Assembly (NCBI GenBank): GCA_964590205.1
Contig: CAZPVO010000004.1
Span: forward strand, 13,131-77,130
Source of the DNA: an uncultured Candidatus Saccharibacteria bacterium
GTDB taxonomy: Bacteria; Patescibacteriota; Saccharimonadia; Saccharimonadales; JAGQNJ01
Direction: 5' to 3'
DNA: 64,000 bases
The notes beneath the pieces are model-generated. The model was given only the letters and a program-made list of their open reading frames with translations. It was not told where the DNA came from and searched no databases. Numbering within the stretch: the first letter of the stretch is position 1; the number at the start of each line of letters is the position of its first letter. Positions 27,939-36,701 of the stretch are shown here, piece after piece. The position numbers were made by a program, and so were the translations under genes.

Positions 27939-28619
27939 TTAGATGGTACGAATATTTTTGCTTATGCTTTGTTCGCTCAGATCTTCTATTTTTAAGCAGT
28001 TGTCTATCAAATACTGGCCCACTTCTGTGCGCCTGAGCTCACTCATGTAGGCGCTAGTGCCAAGTTTTTGGCCGATATCTCGTACCAGCGAGCGGATATA
28101 GGTACCGCTGGAGACTTTGGCCGTGAATGTTACTTTTGGGTAACCGTGTGTAAGATTGGTAATTTCATAAATTGTCACTTTTCGAGGCTCTAATTCGACT
28201 GCTTTGCCTTCTCTTGCCATCTTGTAAGCCCGTTTACCATCTACTTTGATAGCGCTAAAGACTGGCGGAACCTGCTCAATTTCTCCGACAAATGAATTAA
28301 CCACTGTTTTTAGCTCGGACTCTGAAGGTTTTTTGTCAGAGACATCGGTAATATCACCTTCACCATCATCAGTCGTGCTGGATTTGCCCAGCGTCATCTC
28401 AACTTCATAAACTTTATCGAGCTTACTGAACTCGCTTGCTCGTTTGCAGTAACTTCCAAGTGTTAAAACTAATAAACCAGTTGCCAGCGGGTCCAGCGTC
28501 CCTGTATGCCCTACTTTTGGCTTACTCACCCCTGAATGTTTTAAAATACCCCGAACTTTGGCCACCACATCAAAACTCGTCCAACCTTTTGGTTTATCAA
28601 CTAATAACAGACCATCCAT
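27939..28619 (-). CDS. truB: tRNA pseudouridine-55 synthase TruB
   Basis: It reads GLLLVDKPKGWTSFDVV and carries the GHTGTLDPLATGLLVL catalytic Asp motif. Confidence 0.95.
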   Translation of the reverse strand: MDGLLLVDKPKGWTSFDVVAKVRGILKHSGVSKPKVGHTGTLDPLATGLLVLTLGSYCKRASEFSKLDKVYEVEMTLGKSSTTDDGEGDITDVSDKKPSESELKTVVNSFVGEIEQVPPVFSAIKVDGKRAYKMAREGKAVELEPRKVTIYEITNLTHGYPKVTFTAKVSSGTYIRSLVRDIGQKLGTSAYMSELRRTEVGQYLIDNCLKIEDLSEQSISKNIRTI

Positions 28620-28645
28620 AAGTTAAAGGGTAACGTACGAAGGGA

Positions 28646-30592
28646 CTATTGGCCAGGGGCTGGTGGCAGCGGTGGATATGGAGGCTGCTGACCCCCTGTT
28701 GGTGGCATTGGAGGTGTGTTTGGCAAGAATGGTGGTGGTACTGGTGGTGGCGCAAGCGGTTGTGGTGCACTACTGGCTGTTTGTTCAGGAGGTAATCCTG
28801 GATCAGCTGGTACAACTTGCGGTGGCAAATTAGGTGGTGGCATTGCGGGAGCCATCGGACTTGGTGGCAGTGGTGATAATGAAGGGCTTGGTCCGGTTTG
28901 CGACATACCTCCCATGACGTCCCCTGCACTCGGTGCTGGCGACATTGGAACTGGCGCTGGTGGTAATGGCGGCGGCATTGGAGCTGGAGGCATTGGAGCC
29001 AAAGAAGGATCTGGTGCTAGAGGTGTTGGCAATGGTGTGGTTGGAGCCTGTGGAACTGGCGACTCTGTTATTGTCGGCTGATCATCCTGAACATTGATAT
29101 CGAGTGGTGTCGAACCATTCGCTGCAAGCGGCTCAAGCTGATCTTTGTTGTCATTTACTTCAGCTGCGGCTTTCGCAGCTTGACTTAATGCATCTATATC
29201 CTGCTGTGGCCCGGTAATATCTTCATCGGCATGTGGGCTCCCCACTGTTTTCTCAATGTGAGAAACGGTTTCTTCATCCATTAATGGTTTATTAGCCACT
29301 TCTTCGCTCACCGCGTTTGGCGTGTGGCTTAAGATTGGTGCGTCTACTTGTGCTGGTGTGCTTAAACTATCAGTGGTCGGCTCTGGTTGATCACCTTGAG
29401 CAGAAGCAGTGAGTGTGCCGCCCATAACTGGTGGTTCAAAAGTCAGTTTTGGACTTGGTGCTGGTGTTGATGGTCGAGAAACTTTGCCATCTTCACTCTT
29501 AATATCGGTAATTTGCGGTCCAGCTGGCCCAGTGGCAACAGTTGTAGTTGGTTGTGGCAACTCTGGTCCAGGTGAAAGCTGAACTTTTGGTGGTTGTAAT
29601 GACTGTGCCGTTGGCTCCAGCCGCTTTTCTTGATGTGGCTTTTCCTGCTCGAGCGGTTCTTCGTCTAAAAAGTCTTCATCGCTCGCACTGGCTTTATCGG
29701 TAGATGGTTTACCTTTGGTGCCCCCGGCATCGTCATCACTTGGATTATGCGGAATCGTGAGCGTCCCGCTATCTGGTTCTTCCTCTTCCTCATCGGATTC
29801 GGCCGGTTTTGCTTTTTTATCCTGCAAACCAACTTCGCTCTTGTTCAGATTTGTCTGTAGTTTTGAGGCAACAAGCTGTTGATTAGCACCAGCAGCCATT
29901 AGTTTGGCAGCTAAGCTCATCGTTCGTGGACTCGTTTTATCGTTACTAAAACGCTGTGTTTCAGCAACGATACCTGTCAGTAATGCGGTTGCTGTTTGGG
30001 CATCAAAGTTATCCGGATGAATCGTTTCAGCTAAATCAACAACCATTTCACACAAACTGCTGGCTTCGGCGTCTTGCCAGTTGTAAACACCGATGTTGCT
30101 GATCTCTTTATTATTTACACAAATAACGGATGCATCGTGCAAAATTCGGCCGTGCGCAACAATGGCTTTATCTAATTCTTCGCGTTTATGAACGCCAATG
30201 GCTAATACAACGTCAACGTTAAAGTCACCCTGGCTAAATTCGAGATCTTTTTGACCAATTGATGTTTTATAAGGAGTAATAAAAATCTTAACTACTTTGT
30301 CTTCGACTTTATAACGCAGTTTGTCGGCCTTGCTTTTATCGAGCGAAATAATGAAATCGCGCAAGCTGTCGGTGTTGTCCTCGAGCGTTTCATCAGGTTT
30401 CAAAAACTCCAGTGTCGATGGCGTTGCTCCACTGTAAACAGCGGTTGCATGCTTCCCAAGCTTGTTCAATACCAGTGTTAGACCAATACACGCCGCTAAT
30501 TCGTCAACGGTTGGGTCACTACTTACCGTCACCAGCACATTAGTGGTGCCATTGATGGTTTCAACGATTTGTTGCTTGATGTTTTGATCCAT
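28646..30592 (-). CDS. Degenerate DHH-domain (NrnA-like) protein fused to a ~380-aa Pro-rich disordered region
   Basis: The N-terminal ~250 aa follow the DHH-family pattern (NVLVTVSSDPTVDELAACIGL; LLTGIVAETQRFSN). The metal-ligand motifs are substituted and I see no DHH triad or DHHA1 GGGH. The C-terminus contains PPAPMPPPLPPAPVPMSPAP runs. The position upstream of truB matches nrnA synteny. Confidence 0.7.
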   Translation of the reverse strand: MDQNIKQQIVETINGTTNVLVTVSSDPTVDELAACIGLTLVLNKLGKHATAVYSGATPSTLEFLKPDETLEDNTDSLRDFIISLDKSKADKLRYKVEDKVVKIFITPYKTSIGQKDLEFSQGDFNVDVVLAIGVHKREELDKAIVAHGRILHDASVICVNNKEISNIGVYNWQDAEASSLCEMVVDLAETIHPDNFDAQTATALLTGIVAETQRFSNDKTSPRTMSLAAKLMAAGANQQLVASKLQTNLNKSEVGLQDKKAKPAESDEEEEEPDSGTLTIPHNPSDDDAGGTKGKPSTDKASASDEDFLDEEPLEQEKPHQEKRLEPTAQSLQPPKVQLSPGPELPQPTTTVATGPAGPQITDIKSEDGKVSRPSTPAPSPKLTFEPPVMGGTLTASAQGDQPEPTTDSLSTPAQVDAPILSHTPNAVSEEVANKPLMDEETVSHIEKTVGSPHADEDITGPQQDIDALSQAAKAAAEVNDNKDQLEPLAANGSTPLDINVQDDQPTITESPVPQAPTTPLPTPLAPDPSLAPMPPAPMPPPLPPAPVPMSPAPSAGDVMGGMSQTGPSPSLSPLPPSPMAPAMPPPNLPPQVVPADPGLPPEQTASSAPQPLAPPPVPPPFLPNTPPMPPTGGQQPPYPPLPPAPGQ

Positions 30593-30691
30593 ACTGTTTT
30601 TTGTTTTATTCTTTGTCTTAAAAATACCACAAGCGTTTAGTGTTGTCTACCCTTTAGCCAATCGAGCTTCTTACGGCAGAATGATTTGACT

Positions 30692-30719
30692 TTACAACAG
30701 AGGTGTTATCAGGTATAGT
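30692..30719 (+). promoter_or_regulatory. Candidate promoter for rpsT (TTACAA-16-TATAGT)
   Basis: TTACAA at 30692-30697 and TATAGT at 30714-30719. The ~40-nt leader carries an AAGGA SD. Confidence 0.4.
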
Positions 30720-30759
30720 TGAGCATCGATTACAACATTATCTTAATAAGGATTCATTA

Positions 30760-31125
30760 ATGCCAATAATCAAGTCAGCTAAAAAGCGTGTTCGTGTACA
30801 GCATAAGGCTACCGTACGTAACAAGAAAACCAAGCGTTCACTCAAGAGTGCCGTTAAAGTTTTCAATGCTTCCCTTTCAGGTGATAAGAAGAAAGCTCAA
30901 ACTGCTCACGCTGCTGCGATGAGCGAAATTGATAAAGCTCTCAAGAAAAACATTATTAGCAAGAACAAAGCTGCTCGTAAAAAAGCTCAGTTAGCTAAAG
31001 CTGCCAAAGAAGCCAAGACTGGCATCGCTGCTAAGTCAGCCGCCAAGTCTCCAGCTACTAAAGCTCCAGCTAAGAAAACTCCAGCCAAGAAACCAGCTGC
31101 TAAAAAGCCTACAGCTAAGAAATAG
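30760..31125 (+). CDS. rpsT: 30S ribosomal protein S20 with an Ala/Lys/Pro-rich C-terminal extension
   Basis: It begins MPIIKSAKKRVRVQHKATVRNKKTKRS. The tail reads AKSAAKSPATKAPAKKTPAKKPAAKKPTAKK. I chose the ATG at 30760, which has an SD, over the track start at 30703. Confidence 0.9.
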   Translation: MPIIKSAKKRVRVQHKATVRNKKTKRSLKSAVKVFNASLSGDKKKAQTAHAAAMSEIDKALKKNIISKNKAARKKAQLAKAAKEAKTGIAAKSAAKSPATKAPAKKTPAKKPAAKKPTAKK

Positions 31126-32041
31126 CCAGCGATAACAGATAGTGCTTAAGCGCGTCGTCAGCGTTTATTGATTGGCTTTTGAGTCGAATGTCAAGATTTA
31201 ATGCTTGATCAATCAGCTCTTTGAGTCGTGTATAACCAAGGTTTTTGGCAATTTTACTGGTTTTAGTGACCACAAATGGATGGACTTTGGCATCTTTGGC
31301 AATATCACCTGGTGTCTTATCCTTTGCCGTCACCACAATTGCCAAAATGTGTAGCTGCCAGGCAATCATTCCCAAAATTGCCAGTGGCTCGGTCTTTAAT
31401 TGTCGTTGCTCTTCATACAATTTAAGTGTTTTCTGGCGATTACCGCCAAAAGCTGCATCCAACAGTTCAAAAACGGTACTTTGTGGCTGCGGTTCAGTTA
31501 GCTCAGTAATTGCCTTTTGATCAATCTGCGGATTGTGCAGCACTAACTTATCCAACTCTTGTTTGAGAATTGCCTGACTCGTGCCAACTCGCTCAACTAA
31601 AAACTGTGCATCACGCAAATTTAAGCTCGCATTTTGACTCTTGGCTTCGTTAACCAACCAGCTTGCTAGCGCACGTGCATCAAGGGCATCAAGAGTTTTA
31701 AGTTCGGTCATTTTTTGCAATGTTTTATAGTACTTTGCCCGTTTATCTGGCTTGGGAACAACAAAAATAACATCGGTGGAATCATCTACTGCACCAATAA
31801 TGTGTTCAAGTTCTTCAACCAGCTGCTTGTTGGCCTCGGGCTGCTTAATAATAACCAGCTTGGCTTCAGCAAAAAGCGATGAAGCTAATAAACTCTCTTT
31901 TATTCGCTCAAAGCTCGCCTCTTCGGCGTCGATGCTCTCAACACCCATTTGACCATGTTTACTCACAAAATCATTAATGCTATTTTCGAGCTCAGTCTGC
32001 AGTAAAAAACGGTTCTCGCCACTTAATGTTACACGAGGCAT
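31115..32041 (-). CDS. holA: DNA polymerase III delta subunit
   Basis: 308 aa from the ATG at 32041 (AAAGGGG SD; the track start at 32059 is a TTG). The N-terminus is delta-like and the length and helical C-terminal domain fit HolA. Confidence 0.7.
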   Translation of the reverse strand: MPRVTLSGENRFLLQTELENSINDFVSKHGQMGVESIDAEEASFERIKESLLASSLFAEAKLVIIKQPEANKQLVEELEHIIGAVDDSTDVIFVVPKPDKRAKYYKTLQKMTELKTLDALDARALASWLVNEAKSQNASLNLRDAQFLVERVGTSQAILKQELDKLVLHNPQIDQKAITELTEPQPQSTVFELLDAAFGGNRQKTLKLYEEQRQLKTEPLAILGMIAWQLHILAIVVTAKDKTPGDIAKDAKVHPFVVTKTSKIAKNLGYTRLKELIDQALNLDIRLKSQSINADDALKHYLLSLAIS

Positions 32042-32200
32042 CTTAGTAACCCCTTTCAAGTGCGAAACATGTTTTGAGTATATTGGATGGTATATCAGGT
32101 GAACAAGGCGTACTTGTAAAGTACGTCGCGGAGCGGTGTGTGACAGCCAATGTGCTCAAAAATTGTTGGAGCAGAATGCGGTTACTAAGATGCCTCTTCC

Positions 32201-33334
32201 TCATTTTTTAGCCTCGTCACCAAATTTTTTATCCCAGGCCTCATCCATTCGTTCGCGGTAAATATCCGATGTATTGTGTCCTAGTGCACCGATAAGTTGC
32301 ACTGATTTTATGAGCACATCAACAGCTTCGCCAGCTGTTTGTTTATTTGATTGCTTTTTAGTGTAAGCAGCCTGAACATCGTCAAGTTCATTCTTGATAT
32401 CTTTAATAATTTCAGGTGCGTCTTTTCTACTAATTTTGCCAGCACTGGCTTTGCTGAGGTTATAAATTTCCTGCTGAATGCTGTCGAGATTAGCATGTTG
32501 CTGCTCAGATTCGGAGCGAGTTTGCGATTCGCCAACCAAATCAGCGACTACCAATGATCCGTCAGTCACCATGTGTGAACCATTTATGCCATTTCGTGAT
32601 TTATAAGCTACAAAATAATGGTCGATTCGAGTGCTGCTCTTGAGCATGTCGACATCTTGTAACGTTTGAATCAAAAAATCTCGCTCCTGGTCCACATTAG
32701 CATCAATACTGTGCGTAATTTGCCACGTAAACGGCGAAAAGCCAACCGCATCGTCAAATGTTGCTGCACCAACCCAGTCAACTTTATATCCGCCCGGCAA
32801 GCGCCATGAGCGAGGCACTCGCCAAAAGCGTACATGATGGCGCTTTCGGGGGTTCCCCTCGTGCTGAATCTGAAACACCAAATCCTGGCGATTACCAAAC
32901 ACATACAAATCACTGACTGGTGCGTTTGGATAGCTTCGGCCGAGAATTGCTGCGCTCACAATTTTGACACTGGTTTTTATGGTACGCTTATCGGCTTGTT
33001 GCCAACCGGACCGTTCCATAGCTTTTATTAACGCCCGCTTGCTGCCATTAACAGCTAGATTGACCGGATCGCCCAGCAGTCCATCAACGGTTCTGGTTCG
33101 CCCTACAAAGTAAGCTGGTAAATAAATTTTGGATAGAATTCGGTGTATTCTCGGCAAAACAAAATACGCCGATAAGATCCATAAAGCAATTAAACTCAGA
33201 GCCAAGTGACGACGATACCAAACATTAGGGATTAAAGTGCGATAAATACTCACCACAACTAAAATAACTACCAGGCTGACAATAATCAGTCCGAGTCGTT
33301 TTAATAAGACCGCGAAGCGGTTAACATATGCCAC
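32201..33334 (-). CDS. Membrane protein with an LssY-like C-terminal domain plus a helical tail
   Basis: It has two TM helices. The following stretch, GDPVNLAV.GS...L..AM..SGW..AD, resembles the LssY_C family. The ATG at 33430 would overlap mutM by 94 nt. The GTG at 33334 sits right after the mutM stop and has an AAAGGTG SD. Confidence 0.55.
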   Translation of the reverse strand: MAYVNRFAVLLKRLGLIIVSLVVILVVVSIYRTLIPNVWYRRHLALSLIALWILSAYFVLPRIHRILSKIYLPAYFVGRTRTVDGLLGDPVNLAVNGSKRALIKAMERSGWQQADKRTIKTSVKIVSAAILGRSYPNAPVSDLYVFGNRQDLVFQIQHEGNPRKRHHVRFWRVPRSWRLPGGYKVDWVGAATFDDAVGFSPFTWQITHSIDANVDQERDFLIQTLQDVDMLKSSTRIDHYFVAYKSRNGINGSHMVTDGSLVVADLVGESQTRSESEQQHANLDSIQQEIYNLSKASAGKISRKDAPEIIKDIKNELDDVQAAYTKKQSNKQTAGEAVDVLIKSVQLIGALGHNTSDIYRERMDEAWDKKFGDEAKK

Positions 33335-33336
33335 TA

Positions 33337-34218
33337 CTACACCTTTGGTTTCGGCTGGCAATGCGGACAAATATGTGTCCCGCGGCCAGCTACTCTTATC
33401 TTCTCTATTATTGTACCGCAGCGTGGGCATGGCTGACCATTCTTTCGAAAGACTTGGGCAAAACCAAGATAACTTCCTCGCCGGCCTTGTACGTCGACAT
33501 AATTGCGATCGCTCGAACCGCCTTTTTCGATACTGAGTTTTAAAACTTTAATGAGTTCTTCGTGAAGTTTTATGAGTTTGGCTTTACTAATATTCTGTAC
33601 TTTGCTAAGTGGGTGAATTTTGGCCGCGAACAGTGATTCGTCGGCATAAATATTACCAACGCCAGCAATAACCGATTGATCTAATAAAACTGCTTTGATA
33701 CTGCTATTTGGTCGCTTGCTTAGCCGCTCAATAAAATCTTTGGCTTTAAAGTCATCGGCCAATGGTTCTGGTCCAATCTTTTTAAAGAAATCAATATTGG
33801 GAATTTCAGCTGTCGGCACCAGTCGGATCCAACCGAACTTTCGTTGGTCATTAAAAAACAATTTGCTGTCACCAAAGTCCAGAATAACTCTGGTGGATTT
33901 GTCGGGTAAGTCGCCAACTAAACTATGGCTAGGGTGCCCTGCACCAAAGCGTTTTTTATCGTCATTTGACCTAAAAACCAGTTGCCCTGTCATCTTTAAA
34001 TGAACCAGCAAACTATATTTTGTACTCAGCTCAATAATTAAGACTTTGGCGCGACGTTTGACCTCCAAAATTTTGGCACCAATTAAGAATTGCTGCACAT
34101 CACTGTCAGCATTTGGAAATCCTTTGGGCCAGTCGTGCCACTCGCTCTTGATAATTTTTCCTGGCAATAGCTCCGCGAGCCCAATTCGAACTGTCTCAAC
34201 CTCTGGCAACTCCGGCAT
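33337..34218 (-). CDS. mutM: Formamidopyrimidine-DNA glycosylase
   Basis: It has the MPELPEVETV N-terminus, an H2TH region and an intact C-terminal zinc finger (CPRCG...CPHCQ). Confidence 0.95.
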   Translation of the reverse strand: MPELPEVETVRIGLAELLPGKIIKSEWHDWPKGFPNADSDVQQFLIGAKILEVKRRAKVLIIELSTKYSLLVHLKMTGQLVFRSNDDKKRFGAGHPSHSLVGDLPDKSTRVILDFGDSKLFFNDQRKFGWIRLVPTAEIPNIDFFKKIGPEPLADDFKAKDFIERLSKRPNSSIKAVLLDQSVIAGVGNIYADESLFAAKIHPLSKVQNISKAKLIKLHEELIKVLKLSIEKGGSSDRNYVDVQGRRGSYLGFAQVFRKNGQPCPRCGTIIEKIRVAGRGTHICPHCQPKPKV

Positions 34219-34237
34219 GTATTCATTGTATCAACTG

Positions 34238-34513
34238 CTATGCAGCCACATCTATAATTTCAACTGTGTCGAGCAAGCTCTGATGTCTTCCAAGTGCACA
34301 AAGCGCTCTGACTGCATCTTGTGCGCGTAATTCGAACGGCAGAACAGTAGACAAGTTTTTATCATTTTCGATAATACTGCTCACGAGCAGATGTCCCACC
34401 ATAAATTCATCATCGTGATAATCAGCTACAACAGCTTCTTTGAGGGCTTCTAATTCTCCCGGTTTTTGAACCGTTAATACTGGAATTCCGTTTTGTCCTT
34501 CGCCTAAAATCAT
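34238..34513 (-). CDS. Hypothetical protein
   Basis: 91 aa with an AAGGG SD. No family recognised. Confidence 0.5.
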   Translation of the reverse strand: MILGEGQNGIPVLTVQKPGELEALKEAVVADYHDDEFMVGHLLVSSIIENDKNLSTVLPFELRAQDAVRALCALGRHQSLLDTVEIIDVAA

Positions 34514-34604
34514 AAGCCGCCCTTTGATTTTATTTGCTTCCAGTTTGTTTAGGTTTTTGTTTGTAACCTATAAAGTTACTATAACGCTCGCTTATATCCA
34601 ATGC

Positions 34605-34627
34605 TGTGATATTTATCACGCTATAAT
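34605..34627 (+). promoter_or_regulatory. CRP-type palindrome TGTGA-N6-TCACG abutting a perfect TATAAT
   Basis: TGTGATATTTATCACG lies at 34605-34620, TATAAT at 34622-34627 and the GTG start at 34634. There is no SD. Confidence 0.4.
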
Positions 34628-34633
34628 ATACTC

Positions 34634-34879
34634 GTGACAGATTCGCTAAAAGATATCTTGAGTGGTCGAGCTAAAAGTAATGAGCCCTCGGAATTTGGCA
34701 TCATCAAGCGCTTCATGATGAAGGAATATAAAATGACGCCCAAACTTTCTCTTAGTGGCCGCAATATTATTATCAACGTCCCTAATTCTGCTTTGGCCGG
34801 TGCACTAAAGCTAAGTCTTCATGAGCTGCAAGAAAAGTGTCAGACTGATAAAAAACTAGTGATTCGAATCAGCCAATAG
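34634..34879 (+). CDS. Small protein, possibly DUF721/DciA-like
   Basis: 81 aa with a GTG start. The stretch IIINVPNSALAGALKLSLHELQEKC resembles the DUF721 pattern (L.V.V.ss.wa.eL......l...L). This is a weak call. Confidence 0.45.
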   Translation: MTDSLKDILSGRAKSNEPSEFGIIKRFMMKEYKMTPKLSLSGRNIIINVPNSALAGALKLSLHELQEKCQTDKKLVIRISQ

Positions 34880-35437
34880 TTTTTCTAATTGCTGTTTGAA
34901 CTGCCCAAAATCTTGATATCGAATTGCCGTCATGCCAACCGACGTAGCTCCATTACAATACGCTTGAATATCGTCGGTAAAAACACATTCCGTGGGTTGG
35001 ACACCTAGTTGCTCAGCGGCATAGCGATAAATTTGGGGATCTGGCTTAATCATTCCCACTTCCGCCGAACCAATAACTACATTAAACATACCAAGTTGTT
35101 CTTTAGATAATCTTTCTTCCAGCGTGCCCTTGCTAACATTGCTTAGCACGGCAACCTTGTAGGACTTTTTTAAATTAGCAATGTATTCGAGAATTTCACT
35201 ATTAACTTGTTCGGCTTCAAGAAGTGCAGTATTCCACTGCACGACGGAAATACCAATTTTATCGGCCATGAGGACTGACATTTCCTCTGAGCTAATTTTA
35301 CCGATGTTAGAATCGTCGAGCGTTTGCTGAATAAAATCGCGATCTTTCGCCGGATCACCGCCGGCATGACGATAGGTATCGCTAAAGCCGGTACCGACCA
35401 GTACCCCAAAGCAATCAAAAATAATGGCTTTAATCAT
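34856..35437 (-). CDS. HAD-superfamily hydrolase
   Basis: Motif I reads IIFDCFGVLV, motif II SN, and motif IV FTDD. Confidence 0.85.
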   Translation of the reverse strand: MIKAIIFDCFGVLVGTGFSDTYRHAGGDPAKDRDFIQQTLDDSNIGKISSEEMSVLMADKIGISVVQWNTALLEAEQVNSEILEYIANLKKSYKVAVLSNVSKGTLEERLSKEQLGMFNVVIGSAEVGMIKPDPQIYRYAAEQLGVQPTECVFTDDIQAYCNGATSVGMTAIRYQDFGQFKQQLEKLLADSNH

Positions 35438-36123
35438 GCAGCCATTGTAACTGGTTCTACTGCAACTTCACATATTTTAGCGATATGGCCAAGTTCTACA
35501 TCTGTGAAGTAATTTTCAGCGCGTCTAGCACGCTCAGGTAGTTCAAATGCATCGCCAAGAAGCTTTTGATAGTCATCGCCCAGGCTTAACCTGCCAAAAG
35601 GTGGCCTCATTGCCCTGGGATTAACAACTAGGTGCGGTGATCCTTCTTCGATTGCCTCTTCAATACTTATATCTTTTGCTCTAGGATCATCATCAAATAC
35701 AAAAGTATGTTGAGGATATTCATGACCATAGTCTGTATACCCTTTTTCGTAATTAGACACGGGCAATTTTTGTGTACTCCCATCTGTGAGCCTCGTATAC
35801 GTAACCATAAAATCGCTGGCTCGGGCGTTACTCGGAACCTTTAGATTTCGACGCCTCACAAATAACAATCCTTCGTCGGTGTAGTAAGCATGTACTCTGT
35901 TTATAAAACCATCCTCTGCTGTTTTTGGATCTGCAGCTCGTGTGTGCTGTTTATTTGGATCACCGCCCAAATCCCACAGAGTATCCCTATAAGCTTGTTG
36001 GCTTCGCGGGCTAAACAAATACTGCAGCAAAGATTTTGGCATAGGAACAGCTATAAGCCGCTGGTCTAGCCTCCTCCTTGCTTCAGGACTTAGTTCTGCC
36101 TCAGGCAGCGTCGGGTGGACCAT
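35434..36123 (-). CDS. Hypothetical protein (orphan)
   Basis: 229 aa. It has its own GAGGT SD 5 nt upstream, located inside the end of the upstream gene. No motif recognised. Confidence 0.6.
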   Translation of the reverse strand: MVHPTLPEAELSPEARRRLDQRLIAVPMPKSLLQYLFSPRSQQAYRDTLWDLGGDPNKQHTRAADPKTAEDGFINRVHAYYTDEGLLFVRRRNLKVPSNARASDFMVTYTRLTDGSTQKLPVSNYEKGYTDYGHEYPQHTFVFDDDPRAKDISIEEAIEEGSPHLVVNPRAMRPPFGRLSLGDDYQKLLGDAFELPERARRAENYFTDVELGHIAKICEVAVEPVTMAA

Positions 36124-36631
36124 TATCTACCTCAATTACTGGCGCTTCGTAACTTGTGTCAACTAGCGATAATTGTCCAATATGATTAATTTGTTTGGCA
36201 ATTTCTGGAGTTAAAGCGGTTTGTCGCATTTCCCGTGGCATTGCACCTGGCTCGGCCAGTAAATCCTTTCCACCTTGCTCAGCAGCGATTCTAACAAAAC
36301 CTACATCCTGTCGTCCTACGCTACCGACTGTTTGAAAATCTGCCTGAACATAGCCAAGGTCGTCACTTCTATCTGAGGATCCAACAATTTCTACTGCAGC
36401 AAGCTCGGTGCCGCTTTTTGCATCAAAACTTCGATGAGAAGTTATGGAGTTTAACGTACTGTCGCCTCGCTCAAATTCGTGAATGTCAATGACATGAATT
36501 GCTCCACCTAATAAAAAACTCCACTGCGAGGTGGAGCCAGGAAGCGCGTGCAATTCGGCATTATCAGCCGTAGTTTTAGGTTGACGTTCTGTTTCAGGGT
36601 TTGCCTCAAAATGAGGATATAGAACTGCCAT
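36101..36631 (-). CDS. Hypothetical protein (orphan)
   Basis: 176 aa with an AGGGAAG SD. No motif recognised. Confidence 0.6.
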   Translation of the reverse strand: MAVLYPHFEANPETERQPKTTADNAELHALPGSTSQWSFLLGGAIHVIDIHEFERGDSTLNSITSHRSFDAKSGTELAAVEIVGSSDRSDDLGYVQADFQTVGSVGRQDVGFVRIAAEQGGKDLLAEPGAMPREMRQTALTPEIAKQINHIGQLSLVDTSYEAPVIEVDNGPPDAA

Positions 36632-36701
36632 GTTTATTTTCTTCCCTAATAACTAGTTTTACGCCGCTTGTGCTAAAAAAGCAAGAAAGTTTTTTAGATT
36701 T

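Noticed and set aside
28597-29081. A Gly-rich ORF (28716-29081, plus strand) and a His/Gln-rich ORF (28597-28929, minus strand).
   Set aside because: These are alternative-frame or antisense readings of the Pro-rich codon repeats (CCn versus GGn) in the DHH-like gene tail. They also cut across the truB start region.
33335-33430. The ATG start at 33430 for the LssY-like gene.
   Set aside because: It would overlap mutM by 94 nt on the same strand. The GTG at 33334, with an AAAGGTG SD directly after the mutM stop, gives a start just before the first TM helix.
36101-36123. The possibility that the overlapping 176-aa and 229-aa ORFs, or the PPDK_N and phospho-His pair at 38627-38638, are single genes broken by frameshifts (pseudogenes).
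   Set aside because: The second orphan has its own well-spaced GAGGT SD and ATG. The PPDK_N gene ends exactly at the canonical domain boundary with a clean stop. Both splits therefore look native, though resequencing would be needed to be certain.
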